A DNA stretch of 64,000 bases from Alphaproteobacteria bacterium (lineage in GTDB: Bacteria; Pseudomonadota; Alphaproteobacteria; UBA828). Position 1 is the stretch's first letter. Each line of letters starts with the position of its first letter. The notes below the pieces were generated by a model. It was not told the origin of the DNA and did no database searches. It saw only the letters and a list, made by a program, of their open reading frames with translations. Positions 18,495 through 26,165 of the stretch are shown here, in pieces. The stretch covers positions 23,705 through 87,704 of the forward strand of contig CAXXMU010000008.1 in NCBI GenBank assembly GCA_963667785.2, in the 5' to 3' direction. The position numbers were made by a program, and so were the translations under genes.

Positions 18495-18686
18495 GGCGGC
18501 GATTCCCTTACCGTGACGCCGCAGCCCTCACGCTGCTCGTCTTCATTGTGCCAGGATCGATATGCTCGAACGGGCAGGCGGCTCTGCTCGGCAGGCGCGA
18601 TGGCTGCGGGAGCGGGAGCGGGCGACGCATACCGCTTTCCCTGCTCAACCGGCAACACCGCACGTCTTCCCGCTAACCCCTTCGCC

Positions 18687-18699
18687 ATTCCGCAGGAAT
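18687..18699. promoter_or_regulatory. Palindrome ATTCCGCAGGAAT (candidate operator), upstream of the TRAP operon
   Basis: This is a perfect 5-3-5 palindrome. A related half-site, TGCGGAATG, lies at 18727-18735. The same core recurs at 19590-19604 and 55849-55859. Confidence 0.3.
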
Positions 18700-18786
18700 T
18701 CCCATCTCCGCGATGAGCATAGCGGATGCGGAATGCTTCTCTAGTCGGAATTTGACCGGGCGCCCGGGGCGGCCCCGGCGCCGCCC

Positions 18787-19503
18787 TCACCGCCGCCTGT
18801 GCTCGTAGACGTTCGCGCGCGGCGTCGCGCCGATGCGTCGTGCCGCGGCCTTCCATGCGGGCCCGTGGCGGGCCTCCGGCCCGGCCAGCGCGTGGGCGAT
18901 CTCGTGCAGGATCGTGTCCCTGACCTCGGCCTCGCCGGCATCGAGCGCGTGCCCCCGGCCGATGCGGATCAGGCGGTCCTCGAAGTGGCAGTCGCCGAGG
19001 CGCCGCTCGGCCTCGAGGAAGGCGAAGGTCCACGCGCCGAGCCCGTGCTCGTCCATCAGCCGGCGAGCCATCGCTGCGACCCGCGCGAGCCGTTCCGCGC
19101 CCTGCCGCCCGCTCGCCGCGGGCGCGCCGTCCGCGCCGTCGAGCAGCCGGTAAGGAACGTTCCAGCAGCCCCTGCCGCTCCGCACCCGCGCGCAGGCCGG
19201 GTTGAGCTTCACGATCCGGCCCCGGCGCGGCTCGTCGCGGGCCGTGAACGTCACCCGGTCGCCCTTCCGCCAGCGGGCGCGCGCGGCATCGTCGCGGGTC
19301 ACGATCGTGCTGCGGCGGGGGCCGCCCGAAGGCGTGAGCGCCGCCTCCGGCACCTGCCAGAGCCGGTCCGCGCCGTCGATCACCGTGGCGGCGCGGCGGG
19401 GCCCCTGACGCCGAAGGAGGTGGCCCTCGACGGTCCGCCCCCTGCGGGTGAAGCTGACGGCGGTGCCGGCGGCGAGTCGACGCTTCTCCTCGCGGTCACC
19501 CAT
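18787..19503 (-). CDS. SprT-like zinc metalloprotease domain protein with duplicated N-terminal small domains
   Basis: The internal ATG at 19503 is preceded by AAGGAAGG. The C-terminal half carries an HExxH motif (ILHEIAHAL) in a SprT-like context. The N-terminal half shows two repeats of about 45 aa. Confidence 0.7.
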   Translation of the reverse strand: MGDREEKRRLAAGTAVSFTRRGRTVEGHLLRRQGPRRAATVIDGADRLWQVPEAALTPSGGPRRSTIVTRDDAARARWRKGDRVTFTARDEPRRGRIVKLNPACARVRSGRGCWNVPYRLLDGADGAPAASGRQGAERLARVAAMARRLMDEHGLGAWTFAFLEAERRLGDCHFEDRLIRIGRGHALDAGEAEVRDTILHEIAHALAGPEARHGPAWKAAARRIGATPRANVYEHRRR

Positions 19504-19589
19504 TCCCCTTCCTTCGCCCTGTCGGCCGCCGCGTTGGCCGCCGAATCGGTGTCTGCCGCCCGCAGCGACTCGACGCACGAATTCCGGGG

Positions 19590-19604
19590 ATTTCCGCAGG
19601 AAAT
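19590..19604. promoter_or_regulatory. Palindrome ATTTCCGCAGGAAAT (candidate operator), 87 nt upstream of the SprT-like gene
   Basis: This is a perfect 6-3-6 palindrome. It shares the TTCCGCAGGAA core with 18687-18699. Confidence 0.3.
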
Positions 19605-19822
19605 GCAAGAAACCGCATCGCATGGCGGACGTCGCGGGCGGCATCTCGGCAGGTTCGCACGCGCTGGTCAGGCGTCGTCATGCCGGACCGACGCATCCAC
19701 TTTTCTCAGTGTTACAGGCATCTTTGGTCGAATCGTCTCCACACTGTGAGGCATGCGCCCGACTGTATTGATTGCATTGAAGTATTGACAAAGTAAGCCC
19801 GAGGGCTACAAGGCGCGCCGTC

Positions 19823-21091
19823 ATGTTCAGCGCCCGGTGGATTCGCGAAAACAGCACGGCCTTCGACACTGGCCTCGCCCGGCGCGGCCTGGAACCGCTC
19901 GCCCAACATGTAATCTCTCTCGATGCGGCCCGGCGCCAGCTCCTGACCACCGTTCAGCAGCACCAGAGCACGCGCAACCGCATGTCGAAGGAGATCGGTG
20001 CCGCGCGTGTCAGGGGCGAGGACACTGCCGCCCTCGTTGCAGAGGTCGCGGAGTTGAGGGACAGCACCCAGGTACTTGAACGCAAGGCAAAGGAGCTGGG
20101 CGACGAGCTCGACGAGTTGCTTGCCGGCCTCCCCAACCTGCCGGCCGAGGGCGTGCCCGACGGTGCCGACGAGAGCGCCAACCTGGAGATCAGGCGCTGG
20201 GGCGAGCCGCGCAGTGTCGAGGGCGGCGCGCGGCAGCACTACGAGATCGGCGAGGCCCTTGGCTTGATGGACTTCGAGCGGGCGGCGAAGCTCTCGGGCT
20301 CGCGCTTCGTCGTGCTTTCCGGCGCGCTGGCCAGGCTCGAACGCGCGCTCGCCGCCTTCATGCTCGACATGCACACGGCCGAGTTCGGCTACACCGAGAC
20401 GGCGCCGCCGCTGCTGGTGCGCGATGCCGCCGCCTTCGGCACCGGCAACCTGCCGAAATTCGAGGAGGACCTGTTCCACACCACCGACGGTTACTGGCTG
20501 ATCCCGACGGCCGAGATGCCGCTCACCAACCTCGTTGCCGGCGAAATCCTTGGCGAAGACGCGCTGCCGCTGCGCTTCACCGCCTATACCCCGTGCTTCC
20601 GCGCCGAGGCGGGCGCCGCCGGGAAGGACACGCGGGGCATGCTGCGCCAGCACCAGTTCTCAAAGGTCGAGCTAGTGAGCGTGACCAGGCCAGAGGAGTC
20701 CGACGACGAGCACGAGCGCATGACCGCCTGCGCCGAGGAGGTGCTGCAGCGCCTGGGCCTCGCCTATCGGGTCGTCGTGCTGAGCACGGGTGACATGGGC
20801 TTCTCGGCGCGCAAGACCTACGACATCGAGGTCTGGCTGCCGGGGCAGGGGCGCTACCGCGAAATCTCGAGCTGCTCCAACTGCGGCGACTTCCAGGCGC
20901 GGCGCATGAACGCCCGCTGCCGCAAGGCCGGCGAGAAGCAGACGCGCTTCGTGCATACGCTGAACGGGTCTGCGCTCGCGGTGGGGCGGACCCTCGTCGC
21001 CGTGCTCGAGACCTATCAGGACGACGGTGGCGCCGTGACCGTGCCCGACGCGCTCCGCCCCTATCTCGGCGGCCTGGAGACGATCGGCTGA
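19823..21091 (+). CDS. serS: Serine--tRNA ligase
   Basis: Track ORF of 422 aa. It has an N-terminal coiled-coil arm and class II aaRS motifs ([36 protein letters not shown]). Confidence 0.95.
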   Translation: MFSARWIRENSTAFDTGLARRGLEPLAQHVISLDAARRQLLTTVQQHQSTRNRMSKEIGAARVRGEDTAALVAEVAELRDSTQVLERKAKELGDELDELLAGLPNLPAEGVPDGADESANLEIRRWGEPRSVEGGARQHYEIGEALGLMDFERAAKLSGSRFVVLSGALARLERALAAFMLDMHTAEFGYTETAPPLLVRDAAAFGTGNLPKFEEDLFHTTDGYWLIPTAEMPLTNLVAGEILGEDALPLRFTAYTPCFRAEAGAAGKDTRGMLRQHQFSKVELVSVTRPEESDDEHERMTACAEEVLQRLGLAYRVVVLSTGDMGFSARKTYDIEVWLPGQGRYREISSCSNCGDFQARRMNARCRKAGEKQTRFVHTLNGSALAVGRTLVAVLETYQDDGGAVTVPDALRPYLGGLETIG

Positions 21092-21846
21092 TGCGCATCC
21101 TCGTCAGCAACGATGACGGCATCGAGGCGCCCGGCATCAAGGTGCTGGAGCGGGTGGCGCGCGGCTTCTCCGACGACGTGTGGACGGTGGCGCCCGAGAC
21201 CCAGCAGAGCGCGGCCTCCCACTCGCTCACGCTGCACCGCCCGCTGCGCATTCGCCGCATCTCCAGGCGCCGGCACGCGGTCAACGGCACGCCCACCGAC
21301 TGCGTCTTCCTCGCCTTCAACAAGATCATGGCCGACAGCCCGCCCGATCTGGTGCTCTCCGGCGTCAACGACGGCCCCAATGTCGGCGAGGACGTGACCT
21401 ATTCCGGCACCATTGCCGCGGCGATGGAGGCGACGCTGCTCGGCGCGCCGGCGATCGCGTTCAGCCAGGCCTACGGCGTTGGGCGCAGGCACCACTGGGC
21501 GACCGCCGAGCAATGGGGCGGCCGCCTCCTGCGCACCCTGGTCGGGAGCGGATGGCCCGAGCGCGTGCTCATCAACGTGAACTTCCCCGACCTCGCGCCT
21601 GCCGACGTGCGCGGGATCAGGGTCGCGCGCCAGGGTCTGCACGAGATTGCCGATACGCTGGAGGAGCGCATCGACCCGCGCGGCGCCCCCTACTACTGGA
21701 TCGGCGCGACCCCGCGCGAGGACGGCGCCGGGCAGCGCGGCACCGACATGGTCGCGATCGACGAGGGCTACGTCGCCGTCACCCCGCTGCACATGGACCT
21801 CACGCACAGGCGGACCCTGTCATGGCTGCGGAAGGTCATCGGATGA
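21091..21846 (+). CDS. surE: 5'/3'-nucleotidase SurE
   Basis: It begins [16 protein letters not shown] and also has SGVNDGPN and YSGTIAAAMEA motifs. The start overlaps the serS stop (TGATG). Confidence 0.95.
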   Translation: MRILVSNDDGIEAPGIKVLERVARGFSDDVWTVAPETQQSAASHSLTLHRPLRIRRISRRRHAVNGTPTDCVFLAFNKIMADSPPDLVLSGVNDGPNVGEDVTYSGTIAAAMEATLLGAPAIAFSQAYGVGRRHHWATAEQWGGRLLRTLVGSGWPERVLINVNFPDLAPADVRGIRVARQGLHEIADTLEERIDPRGAPYYWIGATPREDGAGQRGTDMVAIDEGYVAVTPLHMDLTHRRTLSWLRKVIG

Positions 21847-22961
21847 GCGGCGATATCCGCCTGTGCCTCCCGGCCCGGACGCTCGCGGGCGCGGCCCTGC
21901 TCGCCGGCCTGCTGTCTGTCGCGGCCTGTGCGCCGGGGCTGGTCGGCTTCGGCAGCGAGGAGCAGGAGGCGGATGCCGTCGCAGGCGCCACCCCGCCGGC
22001 GAAAGCGGCACCGCTCGAGCTGCCCGTGCGGCGGGCGGCGCCGCAGGAGGAAGCGGCCCTCTACGACCCGGCCCCGCCGCTCCCGCACACGAAGCCCGGG
22101 CGGCTGGTGACGGTCGAGCCCGGCGACACCGTCATCGGCATCGCCCGCCGCTATGGCGTGGCGGCGGACGCGATCATCGCGCTCAACGGGCTGACCTCTC
22201 CCTACTGGCTGCTGGCGGGCACCGGCCTGCGCCTTCCCGAGGACGGGTATCGTCCCGCCGTGCTCAACGGCCGGCGTCCGGAGACGGCGATTCGCGTCGC
22301 GTCGCTGGACGACGGGCCTGCCGGGGACGGGATTCGCATCGCTCCGCTGGATGAACCGCCAACGGCCGTGCCGCCCGCCGCCGCGCCGGCCGCGCATTCG
22401 CCGTCGCTCGGGACCGTGTCGCCTGCCGGCGGGGCTGGGGACAGCGCGGTGTTGCTCCCTCCGGCGTCGCCGGCCTCTCCGGCCGAGCCCGCCGTGCAGC
22501 TCGCGAGCGCGACGCCGATGCCGGCCCTGCCGCCGCCGCAACGCGGGGCAGGCTTGGGGGACGTGCCGCTCCCGCCCTCGCGCAACTCGTTCCTCTGGCC
22601 CATCGAGGGCCGGGTGATCTCGGGCTTCGGTTCCAAGCCCGGCGGCATGCACAACGACGGAATCAACATCGCCGTGCCGGTCGGCAGCGAGGTCCGTGCC
22701 GCGCAGAGCGGTGTGGTGGCCTATGCCGGTAACGAGCTCAGGGGGTATGGAAACCTCGTGCTCATCCGCCACGGCGACGGCTGGATGACGGCGTATGCCC
22801 ACAACGAGACGCTTCTGGTTGAGAGGGGAGACGAGGTGCGGCGCGGCCAGGTGATCTCGCGTTCGGGCCGGACGGGCCGGGTCTCGCGGCCGCAGTCCCA
22901 TTTCGAGATCCGGCGCAACGGCGAGCCGCAGGATCCCCTTCGCCTGCTCACCCGCAAGTAG
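21843..22961 (+). CDS. nlpD: LysM-domain, degenerate LytM (M23) lipoprotein, NlpD-like amidase activator
   Basis: The in-frame ATG at 21843 forms an ATGA overlap with the surE stop. It has a lipobox (LLSVAAC), a LysM domain (VTVEPGDTVIGIARRYGV...LNGL) and a C-terminal M23 fold. The metal ligands are replaced (NDGINIA instead of HxGxD, QSHFE instead of HxH), as in E. coli NlpD. Confidence 0.85.
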   Translation: MSGDIRLCLPARTLAGAALLAGLLSVAACAPGLVGFGSEEQEADAVAGATPPAKAAPLELPVRRAAPQEEAALYDPAPPLPHTKPGRLVTVEPGDTVIGIARRYGVAADAIIALNGLTSPYWLLAGTGLRLPEDGYRPAVLNGRRPETAIRVASLDDGPAGDGIRIAPLDEPPTAVPPAAAPAAHSPSLGTVSPAGGAGDSAVLLPPASPASPAEPAVQLASATPMPALPPPQRGAGLGDVPLPPSRNSFLWPIEGRVISGFGSKPGGMHNDGINIAVPVGSEVRAAQSGVVAYAGNELRGYGNLVLIRHGDGWMTAYAHNETLLVERGDEVRRGQVISRSGRTGRVSRPQSHFEIRRNGEPQDPLRLLTRK

Positions 22962-22965
22962 GGGT

Positions 22966-23844
22966 TCAGGCCGGGTCGTCTCCGCCCGGCGTCAGCCCGA
23001 CTCCGAGCCGTCCGGCGAGATCCTGCACGAACTGCCAGGCGACCCTGCCCGAGCGGGCGCCGCGGGTCATGCTCCACTCGATCGCCTCGGCGTGCAGCGT
23101 GTCGCGATCGATGGCGAGGCCGAAGTGGTCGGCATAGCCCTCGACCATGGCGAAGAACGTCGCCTGGTCGCAGGGGTGAAAGCCGAGCCAGAGGCCGAAG
23201 CGGTCGGAGAGCGAGACCGATTCCTCCACCGCCTCGCCGGGATGGATGGCGGTGGAGCGCTCGTTGTCGATCATGTCGCGCGGCATCAGGTGGCGGCGGT
23301 TCGAGGTGGCGTAGAAGAGCACGTTGTCGGGCCGGCCGCTGATGCCGCCCTCGAGCGTCGCCTTGAGGGACTTGTAGGTGGTGTCCTCGGAATCGAAGGA
23401 GAGGTCGTCGCAGAAGAGGAGGCAGCGCCTGTCGGAGCCGCGCAGGCGCCCGAGCAGGACCGGCAGGCTGGCGATCTCCTCGCGGTGAATCTCGATCAGC
23501 TTGAGGTCGTCGGGCGAGTCCGCCGCCACCACGCCGTGCACGGCCTTGATGAGGGAGCTCTTGCCCATGCCGCGCGCGCCCCAGAGCAGCGCATTGTTGG
23601 CGGGCAGGCCGCGGGCGAAGCGCCGCGTGTTGTCCAGCAGGATGTCGCGCACCCGGTCGATGCCCTTGAGCAGCGAGATGTCGAGCCGGTTGATCCGGTG
23701 CACCGCCTCGAGGCGCGCGCCGTCCGCATGCCAGATGAACCCCTCCGCCGAATCGAGCGGCGCGTCCGCCGGGCCTTGCGGCGCGAGTCGCTCCAGCGCC
23801 GCCGCGACGCGCCCGAGGAGAGGCGCCAACTCCGAGTCCGCCAT
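22966..23844 (-). CDS. DUF815-type AAA ATPase
   Basis: This is the C-terminal 292 codons of track ORF 22966..25185, starting at the ATG at 23844 (MADSELAPLL...). Walker A is GARGMGKSS. From memory, this is the conserved neighbour of yajC-secDF in alphaproteobacteria. Confidence 0.8.
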   Translation of the reverse strand: MADSELAPLLGRVAAALERLAPQGPADAPLDSAEGFIWHADGARLEAVHRINRLDISLLKGIDRVRDILLDNTRRFARGLPANNALLWGARGMGKSSLIKAVHGVVAADSPDDLKLIEIHREEIASLPVLLGRLRGSDRRCLLFCDDLSFDSEDTTYKSLKATLEGGISGRPDNVLFYATSNRRHLMPRDMIDNERSTAIHPGEAVEESVSLSDRFGLWLGFHPCDQATFFAMVEGYADHFGLAIDRDTLHAEAIEWSMTRGARSGRVAWQFVQDLAGRLGVGLTPGGDDPA

Positions 23845-23982
23845 AACCGCTCCGGCTGGTGGGAAAATCGCGGCGACCCTAGCACAGGGATCCGCGCGCG
23901 GCATATTCATGCGGCTTACTCGTTGCCCGCACCCGCGTTTGGGCCTATCGTGCGGCGTTTTTCTGGCCAGGAGTACGAATCC

Positions 23983-24543
23983 ATGGTTGCGACGAAGTTG
24001 GTGAGTGCGCTCGCCAAGGCGGGTGCGCTCGGGCTTGTCCTGATCGCGTTGGCCGGCTGTCCGCCCATGCAGCAGGGCGGGGAGGGCGGCGAAGCCGGCG
24101 GCGGCGACATGCTCATGTCGATCCTGCCGCTCATCCTGATCTTCGTGGTGTTCTACTTCCTGCTGATTCGACCGCAGCAGAGAAAGCAGAAGGCCCACCG
24201 CGAGATGCTGCATAACGTGAACCGGGGCGACGACATCGTGACCAACGGCGGTCTGGTCGGACACGTCATCAAGGTTGGCCGCGGCGACAGCCTGCTCGTG
24301 GAGATCGCGCCCGACGTGCGCGTCCGGATCAGGCGCAACATGCTCTCCGAGATCATTCCGCGCCACGAGGACCTCGACGACGAGGAGGACGACGACGAGG
24401 ACGAGTTCGACGAGCGCGAGGAAGAGCGCGAGGACGAGCCCCTCGAGGACGAAGAAGACGAAGAGGACGACGACGAGGACTACGAGGACCTCGACGAGGA
24501 GGAGGACGAGGAGGAGGACGAGCGGGATCGACGCCGGCGCTGA
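23983..24543 (+). CDS. yajC: Preprotein translocase subunit YajC with a 60-residue poly-acidic C-terminal tail
   Basis: The in-frame ATG is at 23983. The YajC core is LPLILIFVVFYFLLIRPQQRKQKAHREML...GDDIVTNGGLVGHV. In the tail (24361-24543), 45 of 60 residues are Asp or Glu. A later start at MLMSILPL is possible. Confidence 0.85.
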   Translation: MVATKLVSALAKAGALGLVLIALAGCPPMQQGGEGGEAGGGDMLMSILPLILIFVVFYFLLIRPQQRKQKAHREMLHNVNRGDDIVTNGGLVGHVIKVGRGDSLLVEIAPDVRVRIRRNMLSEIIPRHEDLDDEEDDDEDEFDEREEEREDEPLEDEEDEEDDDEDYEDLDEEEDEEEDERDRRRR

Positions 24544-24570
24544 TCGGGTCGCTTCGCTCCCGCGCAGCCC

Positions 24571-26148
24571 ATGCTCCGCACCCGTCTCTGGCAAGTCGTC
24601 GTCGTCGCGGCGGTCATCGTCGCGGCGGTCATCTTCGCCGTACCCAACATGGTCGGGCGGGACTCGCTCGCCACCTACCCGTCGTGGCTGCCGTCGAGCC
24701 AGGTCAATCTCGGCCTCGACCTGCAGGGGGGCTCCCACCTGCTGCTCGAGGTCCAGGTCGCCGACATCCTGCGCGAGCGGATCACGACGCTGGTCGATGA
24801 TACGCGTGTCGAGCTCAGGCGCGCCGGCGTCAAGTACACCGGGCTGAAGGCGGCGCGGGACCGCGTCGTCTTCCAGCTCATCGATCCCGCGCAGATCGAC
24901 GCCGCAACCGAGGCGGTGGACGACCTCGACCCCGAAGCCGAGATCGAGAGCGATTCCAGCGGCGGCTTCCAGATCGTGCTCACCGAGGAGGCGGTCGAGG
25001 GGCGCCGGGCCGCCGCGGTAAGCCAGTCCATCGAGATCATCCGGCGCCGGATCGACGAGACCGGCGTGCGCGAGCCCACGATCCAGCGCCAGGGCGAGGA
25101 CCGCATCCTCGTCCAGCTGCCCGGCGTGGATGATCCGGAGCGGGTCAAGCGCCTGCTGGGCAAGACGGCGAAGCTCACCTTTCACCTGCTCGACGAGAAC
25201 GTGACAGCCGAGGACCGGCGCAGCGGGCGCGTGCCGCGCGGCGCGCAGCGGCTGCCGTCGGACGAGGTGGGCGAGAACGGCGAGGAGGTGTTCTACATCA
25301 TCCGCAAGCGGGTGATGGTCAGCGGCGATTCGCTGGTCGACGCGGCGACGACCCGCGACCAGACCGGGCAGTGGGCGGTCAGCTTCCGCTTCGATTCGAG
25401 CGGCGCGCGGAAGTTCGGCGACGTGACGACGGAAAACGTCGGCAAGCCGTTCGCCATCGTGCTGGACGGCCGCGTGATCAGCGCGCCGGTGATCCGCGAG
25501 CCCATCGTCGGCGGCACCGGGCAGATCACCGGCAACTTCACCGTGGAGGAGGCCAACGACCTCTCGCTGCTGCTGCGCGCGGGCGCGCTGCCGGCGCCCA
25601 TGAAGATCCTGGAGGAGCGCACGGTGGGGCCGGACCTCGGCGCCGATTCCATCGAGGCCGGCAAGATCGCCTGCATCATCGGGCTGGCCGCGGTGATCGT
25701 GTTCATGGCGATCTACTACGGCCTGTTCGGCCTGGTCGCCGATCTCGCGCTGGTCCTAAACCTGGTCATCATGCTCGGCGTGCTCTCGCTCCTGCAGGCG
25801 ACCCTGACCCTGCCCGGCATCGCCGGCATCGTGCTGACCATCGGCATGGCCGTCGACGCCAACGTGCTGATCTTCGAACGAATACGCGAGGAGGCGCGCG
25901 CCGGGCGGGCACCCTTCTCGGCCATGGAGGCCGGCTACCGTCGCGCCTTCACGACCATCATCGACTCGAACCTGACGACGCTGATCGCCGCCATCATCCT
26001 CTTCATCATCGGCACCGGCCCGGTGCGGGGCTTCGCCGTGACGCTCGGCATCGGCATCGCCACCTCGATGTTCACCGCCATGCTGGTGAGCCGGATCATC
26101 CTGGTCGCCTGGCTCAAGCAGCGGCGGCCGGCGGCGTTGCCGCTTTAG
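24571..26148 (+). CDS. secD: Protein translocase subunit SecD
   Basis: Track ORF of 525 aa with LGLDLQGGSHLLLEV, a periplasmic P1 domain and six transmembrane segments. Confidence 0.95.
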   Translation: MLRTRLWQVVVVAAVIVAAVIFAVPNMVGRDSLATYPSWLPSSQVNLGLDLQGGSHLLLEVQVADILRERITTLVDDTRVELRRAGVKYTGLKAARDRVVFQLIDPAQIDAATEAVDDLDPEAEIESDSSGGFQIVLTEEAVEGRRAAAVSQSIEIIRRRIDETGVREPTIQRQGEDRILVQLPGVDDPERVKRLLGKTAKLTFHLLDENVTAEDRRSGRVPRGAQRLPSDEVGENGEEVFYIIRKRVMVSGDSLVDAATTRDQTGQWAVSFRFDSSGARKFGDVTTENVGKPFAIVLDGRVISAPVIREPIVGGTGQITGNFTVEEANDLSLLLRAGALPAPMKILEERTVGPDLGADSIEAGKIACIIGLAAVIVFMAIYYGLFGLVADLALVLNLVIMLGVLSLLQATLTLPGIAGIVLTIGMAVDANVLIFERIREEARAGRAPFSAMEAGYRRAFTTIIDSNLTTLIAAIILFIIGTGPVRGFAVTLGIGIATSMFTAMLVSRIILVAWLKQRRPAALPL

Positions 26149-26165
26149 CCTGCTAGGTCCGCGTC

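Noticed and set aside
18751-18786. A GC-rich imperfect hairpin (GGCGCCGGGG...CCCCGGGCGCC) after the SprT-like stop, considered as a terminator.
   Set aside because: The stem is imperfect (an extra G) and no U-tract follows on the transcribed strand. It cannot be distinguished from background GC-rich self-complementarity.
19785-19812. TTGACA-N16-TACAAG as the serS promoter, in the AT-rich patch upstream of serS.
   Set aside because: The putative -10 ends only 10 nt before the ATG, leaving no room for a leader with an RBS. The patch probably contains the promoter, but I cannot place the hexamers confidently.
23983-24110. A lipobox-like LAGC in the N-terminal extension of YajC, which would make it a lipoprotein.
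   Set aside because: The true start is uncertain (ATG at 23983 versus the later MLMSILPL). YajC is an integral single-span protein, and the Cys may simply lie in a non-cleaved leader. The evidence is insufficient.
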